Positions 11,134 through 21,775 of a stretch of DNA of 64,000 nt are shown piece by piece; positions within the stretch are counted from its first letter, which is position 1, and every line of letters begins with the position of its first letter. The notes beneath the pieces were generated by a model. That model was given only the letters and a program-made list of their open reading frames with translations, made no database searches and was not told the origin of the DNA. The stretch is from a bacterium. GTDB lineage: Bacteria; SAR324; NAC60-12. Location: assembly GCA_965205865.1 (NCBI GenBank), contig CBDBHR010000028.1:320001-384000 (forward strand), in the 5' to 3' direction. Both the position numbers and the translations under genes were made by a program.

Positions 11134-11238
11134 ATCCCTAAATCTCCAACCGGCCGAAGCCATATAAGCCGTGAATTTCAAACTAACTCGACGCCTTCAA
11201 AAAGGCGCCATTGCAACCATAAATGTGAGCAATGTGCT

Positions 11239-11649
11239 ATGAAAAAGATTATTTTTTGTTTAACTATATTTGTGTGTTTTAATTTATTCTTTTCACCAGT
11301 TGTTTTATCGAACCCTAAAAAATTATGCTCAGATGTACTAGAGAGTCTTGGTTATAAACTGTTGTCCTATTCTTTTAAAAAAAAAGGTCTCGTCGCAAGA
11401 GAAAGACATACATTTAATGGCGATTTGTTTTGTTACATAGATAGTGGGGGGAATATTCACTCCATAAAAGACAATAAAATTTTAATTGCCGAGGATGGAT
11501 TCTATGGACAATCTGCTCTAGAAGAACGAGATATATTAGATGCCGCACGAGAAGTTGCCATTAAACTGGCAAAGGGAAAGATCAACCAGGAATATAAGAC
11601 AAAATTACAAGTTGTGAGAAAGAAGTCCAGACCTGAAAAATGGGATTAA
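11239..11649 (+). CDS. Hypothetical exported protein
   Basis: Signal-peptide-like MKKIIFCLTIF N-terminus. Confidence 0.65.
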   Translation: MKKIIFCLTIFVCFNLFFSPVVLSNPKKLCSDVLESLGYKLLSYSFKKKGLVARERHTFNGDLFCYIDSGGNIHSIKDNKILIAEDGFYGQSALEERDILDAAREVAIKLAKGKINQEYKTKLQVVRKKSRPEKWD

Positions 11650-11777
11650 TATTATGGGAGCATCACAAAAAATATCCACCGCATATCGTAGGTGCTATGC
11701 GGTTCAGATAAGCCCCTAAATACATCATTCCGTTAAATTTTAACCTTTTTCAATTTGCGAGATATATTAGATGCAAG

Positions 11778-12049
11778 ATGTCTCGGAAAACGCGTTTGTA
11801 CGACCCTGGTACGCTTTGTCATGTGCTTCGAGGCAATGGGGACCAACGTATTTTTTTCGATGACAGCGACTCTCGTAGCCTTTATCAGTCTTCGATTGGA
11901 AATCTGCAACAATTCGGGAAGTGGCAAATGCTCTCAATCGAGATGATGCTACTTTCAGTCGTGGAGTGCATAAGTTGTGAGAAAGATTGAAGGAATCCAC
12001 AAATCTCCAAAAGCGGTTAAAAAAACTTAACCTAAAAATGTTTTCTTAA
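11778..12049 (+). pseudogene. RAYT-like (Y1 HUH) transposase, internally deleted
   Basis: N-terminus MSRKTRLYDPGTLCHVLRGNGDQRIFFDDSD is fused to an HTH-like tail (TIREVANALNRDDATFSRGVHKL). Followed by TTGCAAGCCTGACCCC at 12060-12075. Confidence 0.75.
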
Positions 12050-12076
12050 ATTCGCAAACTTGCAAGCCTGACCCCC

Positions 12077-12268
12077 TCACAAAAATGCAGTTTTCAAACC
12101 ATTCTCAACCATTTCCCAATCATACTCGATTCCATCTATTTGATTAAGAGAGTTTCCCTGACTTTTAATCTTGTCATGAGAATCGACGGAATTAAATGGA
12201 TTGATGCAAACAATTGAGCCTACACCAGCAAGTATATGTTGAATAATAGCATTCATATTTGTCTCCAA
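12077..12268 (-). CDS. Small hypothetical protein with a DWxxV motif, possibly truncated
   Basis: Resembles the broken ORF upstream of the DUF2335 gene (SDVWGQVGKDM). Its stop abuts the CTGACCCC end. Confidence 0.45.
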   Translation of the reverse strand: METNMNAIIQHILAGVGSIVCINPFNSVDSHDKIKSQGNSLNQIDGIEYDWEMVENGLKTAFL

Positions 12269-12330
12269 AGTTACTGAGTCTTATCTAACGATTTTTGAAG
12301 ATAGTCAATTTAACCTATTAATATTTAGTG

Positions 12331-12891
12331 ATGGAAGCCATGCTCATTGATCATCAACGTGAAAAATTGATTAATCTAATCATATACTTTGCTACCCATA
12401 CTAAACGATTTCATAAAGTAAAGTTATTCAAACTTCTATATTTTTTAGATTTTGAACATTATTCTTTAACAGGCCGAAATGTCACTGGATTAGATTACTA
12501 TGCTTGGGATAATGGGCCATGTCCAAAAGATCTACATGAAGAAATTGATGATCCTCGATCAGATATGAAAGAGAGTATCACATTTAGTTCAATTTCATAC
12601 AAGAATGGAGATAGGTTAGATATCAAGCCACTTAAAAAATTTGACCCAAAACATTTCTCAAAGAGAGAGCTTCGCATTTTAGAAGGACTTGCAGAAGAAT
12701 ATAAAAATACCTTAGCAAAAGATATGATTGAAGAGACTCACTTAGAGAATCTTCCTTGGCATCAAATTTATAATGTGCAGAAAAATAAATATGCGCATAT
12801 CCCATATGAACTTACACTCAAAAGGCAAGAACAAGAGGAGATGAAACAATATATCGAGGGAACCCGTGATTTTTGGCAGGGATATGAATGA
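12331..12891 (+). CDS. Panacea/SocA-like (DUF4065) antitoxin
   Basis: KLFKLLYFLDF..TG..Y.AWDNGP and TH...PW motifs. Confidence 0.82.
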   Translation: MEAMLIDHQREKLINLIIYFATHTKRFHKVKLFKLLYFLDFEHYSLTGRNVTGLDYYAWDNGPCPKDLHEEIDDPRSDMKESITFSSISYKNGDRLDIKPLKKFDPKHFSKRELRILEGLAEEYKNTLAKDMIEETHLENLPWHQIYNVQKNKYAHIPYELTLKRQEQEEMKQYIEGTRDFWQGYE

Positions 12892-13304
12892 CACCGGGTT
12901 CAATTCTACTCGATAGAAAATATGCTTTCCAGTCAGGAGATTCTGGCCAGAAATTTGTTATTGTACTGAATGATGGAAGTGATTATCCTTACATTATAGT
13001 AAGAACTACCTCTCAACAAAAAAATAGAGGAACAATCTTTGGATGTCAGTCAAACGATAGATTCCCCAATTTTTTCCTTCCTCAAGGCAGTTGTTATTTT
13101 TCTAAACATACTTGGATACAATTAGAGGATTTTCGTGAGTTTCACATTGGTGACTTGCTTGATAAATTAAAGGCAGGTGAAATATTCAGAGCAGCAGAGC
13201 TTCCAAAAGACCTCACTATTAAGCTCTTAAGATGTGCTATATCATGTGATGATATTAGCCATGCACAAGCAGGAATTCTTCAAAAAATTCTAGCTATACT
13301 GTGA
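12888..13304 (+). CDS. Putative toxin, PemK/MazF-like fold
   Basis: ATGA overlap with the antitoxin; G.I....Y.F.....K..IVL...IIV.TTS pattern. Confidence 0.55.
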   Translation: MTPGSILLDRKYAFQSGDSGQKFVIVLNDGSDYPYIIVRTTSQQKNRGTIFGCQSNDRFPNFFLPQGSCYFSKHTWIQLEDFREFHIGDLLDKLKAGEIFRAAELPKDLTIKLLRCAISCDDISHAQAGILQKILAIL

Positions 13305-13443
13305 ACGGATGTTTTCTTCATTTTTTGTCATCCTGTGGGAACCGAATGATCTTCTTGATTCCCATGAGTTTCTTGCTTAGGTAGCCCCCTTAGCTCAGAA
13401 TGACAGGTTTTTTGAAAAGTGAAATTTAAACCCGTTCAGAGTA
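13297..13443. mobile_element. ~147-bp MITE, copy 1
   Basis: TIRs TACTGTGAACGG / CCGTTCAGAGTA with TA flanks; an inverted near-identical copy lies at 44725. Confidence 0.8.
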
Positions 13444-13526
13444 TAATCTTGAACAGTAATTTGAAATGTAATCAGAACAAAACGCTTCATCTGACTTACA
13501 CCAAGAATATAGAAAGGGGTCAGGCT

Positions 13527-14228
13527 GTGCGCCAGGAAAGCTGGCAAGAAATAGAGAGTGAAAGTCTCTTACTCGGTAAGGCAGTAACGACCCGCCGAGT
13601 CCCCGAGTCATGAGTGGTTATTCGCAAGGATAGGCGCTAAGCGTTGACAGGGGAGAACATAGGCTCGGTATTGAGCTCCGAAATCATAGTTTCAAGTGCT
13701 GACCTTGTAGTCTGGTGGGGAAGGCAACATCAACCGAAGGCGTTAGCGTGAGTCCCGGTCGAGCCTGGCGGAGTCAAAGACCCGGCGCATGTGTGGAAGT
13801 TTCTTGATCGGAACCTGGGAGATCCTGAAGACGACTGTCAACATTCTATTGGTAGTCGGATCGGGAAAATTAATAAATAACCCCGATATCTACGTCTTCA
13901 GGAAGTCGGACAAGTTCGTAGTAGCGATGAAGCGGCGAACAATGAGATCATTTGTAGAGAGTAACAATGCAAAGGAAATCAACGGAGCCTGTGGAGCAAA
14001 GGGACTTGGCTGAGAGGAATTCTGCTTGCCCTCCTGTGTTCGGAACTCAGAGGCCGGTAAAATCAGAGAGCGGTTCAAGCAGGGTGCGCCAAACGGCAAT
14101 CCGAATCAACGTTTGAGCGTCTGACTCGAAGCAGGAGCCGGATGCGTTAGCAGCGCACGTCCGGATCTGTACCGGAGGAATGACGAAAGGTGGCTGGAAA
14201 CCACTATAAATCAGTTCTTTACGGTGAC
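13527..14228 (+). ncRNA. ORF-less group II intron family A, copy 3
   Basis: Same as copy 1. Flanks are GGGGTCAGGCT| and |TTTGATT...AAAGGCCTGACCCC (to 14296), followed by a duplicated CTGACCCCTTTT. Confidence 0.9.
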
Positions 14229-14325
14229 TTTGATTAAATGAAAAGGGAGCAAAAAACTGGACTCGTTCCTAATCAAATAATTAAAGGCCTGACCCCTTTT
14301 CTGACCCCTTTTTAGGAGAGCAGTT

Positions 14326-15692
14326 ATGCGTAAGCCTAATTTGAATAAAGTACGGAATTATTCAAATCGATGTTTGTTTGCTCTTATTTTTCTATCAGTT
14401 TTGAGCAGTTGCGACAGACTTAAAAACTTGGCCGGGCAACCGGAATCCGTATATGTTCAGCAAATTGAAGCCCTCTCCGCTCGGTTGAACGCGCTCGAAA
14501 GCGTGATTCAGCAACAGATACCTGTCTTGCAACAGATACGTGAAAACGTTACCCCGGCCGAGATATCCCCGCAGTGGGAGAATCAGCTCGAGCAACTGGA
14601 AAGCCAGCTTGCAAGCAGCGATAAATGGCCAAAGGATGCTGGTGAAGCAGGACAATTTTTCGAACAAACATCCAAACTCGTCACCGGTCTGCCGGTTTGG
14701 GCCGAGGCGAAGTACCTCCCGCGGCTTTCCGTGGTCCGTTGGGCTGCGATGTCTTTCAACAGTCTCAATCACCCGCGAGATGATAGCCAGTCTCTGGATC
14801 AACTCGAACAACTCATCGACGGCATGCGCGATCTGGCTGATGTCAGTCCCGAGGGAGGTTCAGTGGATCTGGTTAGGCGATTGCGCGAAAATGCCGTAGA
14901 AATTGAGGACAAGACTACCAGACGGAGGGTCAAAGAAGTTGTTGAACAGGCGATTCAATACGTGGGAGATATCCCGGCTGACACTACAGATATTGCCGGC
15001 CTTTACGAGTTTCTGGAGTTGTATGAGAAGGACAATGATCATGCTGACGTCATCGATGTCGATGTCTCAGCCCTGCGGAAAAAGTTGTATGAAAAAATTG
15101 TAACACGTCAAGCCAATGACCGGGCAGCCAGTCTGCGCTCTCAATGGAAGAACGTAAAAGAATTGGCAAATGATCAACCTCAACCAGCGGTTTATGAAGT
15201 TGCCACCAGGACGCTGCTTCAACAGGTGATGTCAGCCCAGGCGGCCCTTGTTCTGGAAAGTATCGAGACACCAGTCTACAACGAGTTGCAGAAAGAACTA
15301 CGCGCTGCTGTGGAGACAATTGAATCCCAAGCTGAAGAGCGTCAAGCACTGGCCATGCGCGACTATCAACGCTGGGCCCTTGAGAAAATCAAGGTCTTTG
15401 AGGACCTCGAATATCAGGCGATCTCGGAAAAAGCGGACGATGAAGCCGATCGATGGCGCTGCGACGTGATGATGGCGGATGGATTGACTACTATCTGGAA
15501 GTTCAAGAAGCCATGATCAAGCATCTCCTGCCAATCAACGTTGTTTTATTGGATCTGCCCGTTCAAGAACGCTACCATCAAGCATTTCAAACAGGGTGGA
15601 AGAAATTGGATGGACGTGAAAATCAGACAACCGTGGCGGTATCTTCTGCTACCACCAAGAAGAAATCGCTCCGGGACATTCTGGAGGAATAA
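14326..15692 (+). pseudogene. Hypothetical alpha-helical lipoprotein, probable frameshift near 15455
   Basis: AGGAGA RBS and LSSC lipobox; the overlapping ORF 15453-15692 appears to continue it. Confidence 0.55.
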
Positions 15693-15694
15693 TC

Positions 15695-16921
15695 ATGAGA
15701 ATCCGTCAGATTACGAGCATCACGATCTTGTTGCTGTTGGCTGCAACGGCTTCTAATCTCGTTTGGGCTCTCACCCCCACTTCATCAATGGAGTTGCCCC
15801 TGACGCAGGGGGAGCAGGCCGCAAGACTCTGGCGGATTGCCAGTGCGGAGGTCGCTCGCAAGCTCTATCCGACTTTCGGTAGAGACGATCGAACCAAAGT
15901 TTTATTACCAGCGCAACTATCGCCTCCTGTGGATTGAAGCAACCCTCAATCAACGGATACTGTTGGCAGAAAAGATTGGTGTTACAAGGTGCCGCCAGGT
16001 TCGCTGCGGAACGAGGTTGGATTAAGATACTCGGTTTTCGGTATCGTGGCATCCAACAAGGGCCAGACTCCGTGTATTGGGATCAACGATCAGGTCGTCT
16101 CCGCGTACTGGAAGCGAAAGGAGGAACTGCCAAACCAATAAAGGCTTTCAATAGCTTGCAGGGTACGAATAAAAACGCGATCAGGTCTGCTAGATTTGTT
16201 CTTCGGTCATTAAAAGCAACCCTTATGGAAAAACATGCGGCTGCACTTGTAATTGTGGCTGCTCAGCAGGGTCGACTCGTTACAGGTGTAATAAATACTC
16301 TTCACAAGTTGGGAACTCCGGACACCCCCAAGCTGGCAGGCAATTGGGATTACGATTATGTAGGAAGGGAAGCAAGCACGATCGAGCAGAAATTAATCCG
16401 TAATAAACCCGAGGTTCGATCAGTCTTTCGGCATGCGCATAAGGAGCAATCATTTGCCATGCTGAAATACTGGGAAACCCGAAGACCGGCGAACATTGGA
16501 TTTGCTAGGAATGCGTACCAGCAGTCACTGATTGCCTGGTCCAAGTTCAACAATCCTCCCCTGAAAGGAAACGTTTTACCCTACATAAGGACTGGCTCGT
16601 CGATTCACAGAATAACACAGTCAACTACTCAACCAGGTATTTTGAGACTTTCCAAGGAGGGAGTTAGTAAGTTTGCCGGCAGATTGATTCTACCGGTCAT
16701 CCTTGGTGTGGAGGGATTACAATTTGCCATAGCATATCACCAATACGGCTTGGGTCGTATCAGTCAGCGTGATTTCTACCGTCGCACTACCGGACCCGCG
16801 ATCGTCGCGGTTTTCACAGTCGGCGGAGCTATAGTTGGTGGGATTATTGGAATGCAAGGCGGAGGGATCACGGCAATCCCAGTTGCCTACACTGGTGCCA
16901 AAATAGGCGCGATCCTAGCTA
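15695..16921 (+). pseudogene. Exported protein with a REase-fold-like motif, frameshifted and IS-interrupted (5' part)
   Basis: Signal peptide; AEKIG..GAARF and GPDSVY..VLEAKGG motifs over three frames; continues after the IS pair. Confidence 0.6.
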
Positions 16922-18754
16922 GACCCTAGCCGAAAAGGGTTTCGAAAATAGTAAATGTAACCAATTTGATTCTATTTGATTCTCTATTTGATTCAATATG
17001 ACGAGAAAACGATTTTTTTGTTTTTTATTCGCCCACAGCACAGTTTTTATAGGGAAAAAATCTTTTTTGGACATACTTTCCTCGCCCCTGCTCATATTTC
17101 ACACTCCCCCATTGAATATTCAGGCCGCTTGTTTGAGTTGTCTTTTTTTCAACTCAATCATTTTGCAAAAATTATAGGTTAATGCTTTTTCCAGCAACTC
17201 TGCCCGAACGTTTTCAATCCCTCTGCGCATAACTTGTCCGAAATGGAAACGATGCTTAAGATGAAACATCAACGACTCTGCAGCAGATCTTCCATTTCGT
17301 GATTCCAAATAGATTTCACTTTCCCATTCTTCAATCGGGGTCATCTTTTTTCCCTTTGCCCCACTAATACTAAAAACCTTAACGCCTTTGCCCATCCACT
17401 TTTCTCTGATCGCCTGATTGGCATATCCATCATCAAGGCTCACTTCAGAGGGAATGGTGATGGTGCATCGCAAATGTTCAACAAGGGCAGGGTCGAGTTG
17501 CCCTGAATCAGCAGCATTGCCCTCCGGAGTAATTAACACGGAAATAAAACCATTTCCGCTCCTTCCTAATTGAGGCTTATATCCGATAAGCGCTTCTCGA
17601 TCTCCCTTTTGAATATAAGCCGAGCTCTGATCGGAAAGACTCAATACTTTCTCAGTAGAAGGAACCTTCTTTTCTTCAAAAACTCTTTGATGACAGTAGA
17701 TGATTACCCGTTGCAAATTAGAAATATCTTCATTCATCATTTCAATGAGGCGAATCAAACGCGTTTTCCGAGAAGGGGGGAGAAGAGCTTTTTGGGCACG
17801 GATATCCACCTTTGCCATTTCTTTTAAAAATTTCCCATGAGCGCTTTGAGCTTTCTTCAATAGGGTTTTGTAATGTTTTTTTCGCTTCGTTTTACTGTCC
17901 TTTTTACCTGTCTCAAAAGCCATCATCTTAGAGAGCTTATTCATCTCCTTGATGAGGAAATCAAAATTTCTTTCACTGATCTCAGCGATTCCAAATGTAT
18001 CAAGGGAACGCCCTCGATGGTAGCTTCGCTCCACGAGACGAGTCAATATCGACGAATCAGTAGGCCAAGCTGTATTTCCTTTTACAGAGGTGCTATCCAG
18101 TTTTAAAATATCAAAATCGTCCAACTCTTCATCGAGAACCATTCGAATTTGAGCATCGAAAATAAACTGTCTGCTCTCGTTGCTGACAGCATTGACATTA
18201 TCAAGGATTGTACTCGCTCCCGGCATTTTCAATCCACGGTTGAGCAGAAGCAGATGCAGTGTGATTGACTCTGAAAGAAATATTTGGGCCGTTTGGGATT
18301 TGATACTTCCTAAATATCCCCGAATCATCATAAAAAGGTAGACTAAAAAAGCCGACATCCGAGGACACCCTATTTCCAGCCTCAGTTCTTCCGGCTTCAA
18401 TTCCTCATCTTCTACGGGAAGATGAGGAAGCCATGGATTCCGGGCTTCCTGCCATCGTTTATCCTCTAAACGCTCTTTCTTTTTATTTCTTGCGTATTTC
18501 TCCAAATCCTGTTCAATTTTGTCCAATATCTCCGGCTCTCGCTCAGACAATTGATCAAGTTCTGATAAGAAATTTTCAAATTCTGTATCAGGAGCGCTTA
18601 AAATAAGATGTTTTTCTGCTCGAATGAATGGTTTCATTTTGGGTGCCATAATTCTTAATATTGAAGTTATTCACAGTTATTTCAATGAATTATGGCACTT
18701 TTTAACCTCAAGTTTAAAGATATAATTCTAAAAAATACCTTTTCGGCTAGGATC
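16922..18754 (-). mobile_element. DDE IS (ISNCY/IS5-like), intact copy, 1833 bp
   Basis: IRs as at 8190, with TAGCTA on both sides. Confidence 0.92.
17120..18649 (-). CDS. DDE transposase (509 aa)
   Basis: LDSTSV...WPTDS, DDGY and R...E....LK motifs. Confidence 0.9.
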   Translation of the reverse strand: MAPKMKPFIRAEKHLILSAPDTEFENFLSELDQLSEREPEILDKIEQDLEKYARNKKKERLEDKRWQEARNPWLPHLPVEDEELKPEELRLEIGCPRMSAFLVYLFMMIRGYLGSIKSQTAQIFLSESITLHLLLLNRGLKMPGASTILDNVNAVSNESRQFIFDAQIRMVLDEELDDFDILKLDSTSVKGNTAWPTDSSILTRLVERSYHRGRSLDTFGIAEISERNFDFLIKEMNKLSKMMAFETGKKDSKTKRKKHYKTLLKKAQSAHGKFLKEMAKVDIRAQKALLPPSRKTRLIRLIEMMNEDISNLQRVIIYCHQRVFEEKKVPSTEKVLSLSDQSSAYIQKGDREALIGYKPQLGRSGNGFISVLITPEGNAADSGQLDPALVEHLRCTITIPSEVSLDDGYANQAIREKWMGKGVKVFSISGAKGKKMTPIEEWESEIYLESRNGRSAAESLMFHLKHRFHFGQVMRRGIENVRAELLEKALTYNFCKMIELKKRQLKQAA

Positions 18755-18760
18755 TAGCTA

Positions 18761-20593
18761 GACCCTAGCCGAAAAGGGTTTCGAAAATAGTAAATGTAAC
18801 CAATTTGATTCTATTTGATTCTCTATTTGATTCAATATGACGAGAAAACGATTTTTTTGTTTTTTATTCGCCCACAGCACAGTTTTTATAGGGAAAAAAT
18901 CTTTTTTGGACATACTTTCCTCGCTCCTGCTCATATTTCACACTCCCCCATTGAATATTCAGGCCGCTTGTTTGAGTTGTCTTTTTTTCAACTCAATCAT
19001 TTTGCAAAAATTATAGGTTAATGCTTTTTCCAGCAACTCTGCCCGAACGTTTTCAATCCCTCTGCGCATAACTTGTCCGAAATGGAAACGATGCTTAAGA
19101 TGAAACATCAACGACTCTGCAGCAGATCTTCCATTTCGTGATTCCAAATAGATTTCACTTTCCCATTCTTCAATCGGGGTCATCTTTTTTCCCTTTGCCC
19201 CACTAATACTAAAAACCTTAACGCCTTTGCCCATCCACTTTTCTCTGATCGCCTGATTGGCATATCCATCATCAAGGCTCACTTCAGAGGGAATGGTGAT
19301 GGTGCATCGCAAATGTTCAACAAGGGCAGGGTCGAGTTGCCCTGAATCAGCAGCATTGCCCTCCGGAGTAATTAACACGGAAATAAAACCATTTCCGCTC
19401 CTTCCTAATTGAGGCTTATATCCGATAAGCGCTTCTCGATCTCCCTTTTGAATATAAGCCGAGCTCTGATCGGAAAGACTCAATACTTTCTCAGTAGAAG
19501 GAACCTTCTTTTCTTCAAAAACTCTTTGATGACAGTAGATGATTACCCGTTGCAAATTAGAAATATCTTCATTCATCATTTCAATGAGGCGAATCAAACG
19601 CGTTTTCCGAGAAGGGGGGAGAAGAGCTTTTTGGGCACGGATATCCACCTTTGCCATTTCTTTTAAAAATTTCCCATGAGCGCTTTGAGCTTTCTTCAAT
19701 AGGGTTTTGTAATGTTTTTTTCGCTTCGTTTTACTGTCCTTTTTACCTGTCTCAAAAGCCATCATCTTAGAGAGCTTATTCATCTCCTTGATGAGGAAAT
19801 CAAAATTTCTTTCACTGATCTCAGCGATTCCAAATGTATCAAGGGAACGCCCTCGATGGTAGCTTCGCTCCACGAGACGAGTCAATATCGACGAATCAGT
19901 AGGCCAAGCTGTATTTCCTTTTACAGAGGTGCTATCCAGTTTTAAAATATCAAAATCGTCCAACTCTTCATCGAGAACCATTCGAATTTGAGCATCGAAA
20001 ATAAACTGTCTGCTCTCGTTGCTGACAGCATTGACATTATCAAGGATTGTACTCGCTCCCGGCATTTTCAATCCACGGTTGAGCAGAAGCAGATGCAGTG
20101 TGATTGACTCTGAAAGAAATATTTGGGCCGTTTGGGATTTGATACTTCCTAAATATCCCCGAATCATCATAAAAAGGTAGACTAAAAAAGCCGACATCCG
20201 AGGACACCCTATTTCCAGCCTCAGTTCTTCCGGCTTCAATTCCTCATCTTCCACGGGAAGATGAGGAAGCCATGGATTCCGGGCTTCCTGCCATCGTTTA
20301 TCCTCTAAACGCTCTTTCTTTTTATTTCTTGCGTATTTCTCCAAATCCTGTTCAATTTTGTCCAATATCTCCGGCTCTCGCTCAGACAATTGATCAAGTT
20401 CTGATAAGAAATTTTCAAATTCTGTATCAGGAGCGCTTAAAAAAAGATGTTTTTCTGCTCGAATGAATGGTTTCATTTTGGGTGCCATAATTCTTAATAT
20501 TGAAGTTATTCACAGTGATTTCAATGAATTATGGCACTTTTTAACCTCAAGTTTAAAGATATAATTCTAAAAAATACCTTTTCGGCTAGGATC
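18761..20593 (-). mobile_element. DDE IS, second tandem copy, 1833 bp
   Basis: Separated from the previous copy by one TAGCTA; right flank GAGCTA. Confidence 0.92.
18959..20488 (-). CDS. DDE transposase (509 aa)
   Basis: Nearly identical to 17120-18649. Confidence 0.9.
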   Translation of the reverse strand: MAPKMKPFIRAEKHLFLSAPDTEFENFLSELDQLSEREPEILDKIEQDLEKYARNKKKERLEDKRWQEARNPWLPHLPVEDEELKPEELRLEIGCPRMSAFLVYLFMMIRGYLGSIKSQTAQIFLSESITLHLLLLNRGLKMPGASTILDNVNAVSNESRQFIFDAQIRMVLDEELDDFDILKLDSTSVKGNTAWPTDSSILTRLVERSYHRGRSLDTFGIAEISERNFDFLIKEMNKLSKMMAFETGKKDSKTKRKKHYKTLLKKAQSAHGKFLKEMAKVDIRAQKALLPPSRKTRLIRLIEMMNEDISNLQRVIIYCHQRVFEEKKVPSTEKVLSLSDQSSAYIQKGDREALIGYKPQLGRSGNGFISVLITPEGNAADSGQLDPALVEHLRCTITIPSEVSLDDGYANQAIREKWMGKGVKVFSISGAKGKKMTPIEEWESEIYLESRNGRSAAESLMFHLKHRFHFGQVMRRGIENVRAELLEKALTYNFCKMIELKKRQLKQAA

Positions 20594-20599
20594 GAGCTA

Positions 20600-20721
20600 T
20601 TCCTGTTCATTTTGCAGCCGATTATATGTTGGATTGGCATTACCGGGAATTCGATGAACATCAACGTCTGGTCGTTAATGCGGCAGTTGAAAAACACTAT
20701 GGCTTGAACCCCGGATCATAG
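20600..20721 (+). pseudogene. 3' remainder of the IS-interrupted gene 15695-16921
   Basis: Removing the IS pair and one TAGCTA gives in-frame GAILA-IPVHFAADYMLDW...NPGS*. Confidence 0.7.
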
Positions 20722-20770
20722 TTCAACACTGACTCGTGATCATACCTTTACCCTGAAACGGGGACAGGCC

Positions 20771-21462
20771 GTGCGCCAGGAAAGCTGGCAAGAAATAGAG
20801 AGTGAAAGTCTCTTACTCGGTAAGGCAGTAACGACCCGCCGAGTCCCCGAGTCATGAGTGGTTATTCGCAAGGATAGGCGCTAAGCGTTGACAGGGGAGA
20901 ACATAGGCTCGGTATTGAGCTCCGAAATCATAGTTTCAGGCGCTGACCTTGTGGTCTGGTGGGGAAGGCAATATCAACCGAAGGCGTTAGCGTGAGTCTC
21001 GGCTGAGCCTGGCGCAGTCAAAGACCCGGTGCATGTGTGGAAGTTTCTTGATCGGAACCTGGGAGATCCTGAAGACGACTGTCAACATTCTATTGGTAGT
21101 CGGATCGGGAAAATTAATAAATAACCCCGATATCTACGTCTTCAGGAAGTCGGACAAGTTCGTAGTAGCGATGAAGCGGCGAACAATGAGATCATTTGCA
21201 GAGAGTAACAATGCAAAGGAAATCAACGGAGCCTGTGGAGCAAAAGGACTTGGCTGAGAGGAATTCTGCTTGCCCTCCTGTGTTCGGAACTCAGAGGCCG
21301 GTAAAATCAGAGAGCGGTTTAAGCAGGGTGCGCCAAACGGCAACGTTTGAGCGTCTGACTCGAAGCAGGAGCCGGATGCGTTAGCAGCGCACGTCCGGAT
21401 CTGTACCGGAGGAATGACGAAAGGTGGCTGGAAACCACTATAAGTCAGTTTTTTACGGTGAC
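20771..21462 (+). ncRNA. ORF-less group II intron family A, copy 4
   Basis: Same as copy 1. Flanks are GGGGACAGGCC| and |TTTGATT...AATCAATGGCCTGACCCC. Confidence 0.9.
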
Positions 21463-21775
21463 TTTGATTAAATGAAAAGGGAGCAAAAAAATTGGACTCG
21501 TTCCTAATCAAATAATCAATGGCCTGACCCCCTTCCAAGTTCGTGAAAGTTTGGGTCAAATATTTTCTCATCTTTTCGATCAGAAGGAAAAGATGAAGAT
21601 AAGTTTTAGGAATTTGAATCGAGAAGATTTTCATTTTTTACCACGTTGACATCCATTGCCTCCCCTTTGAATGCCGGTCGTCTTTTCAGGCGGCCGGGTT
21701 TAGGTTATTCTTTTTTTGGTGATATAGTAAACTCTCCTGTTCTTTAAGAGTCAAGTCGTAATTTGTTTGTAAGGA

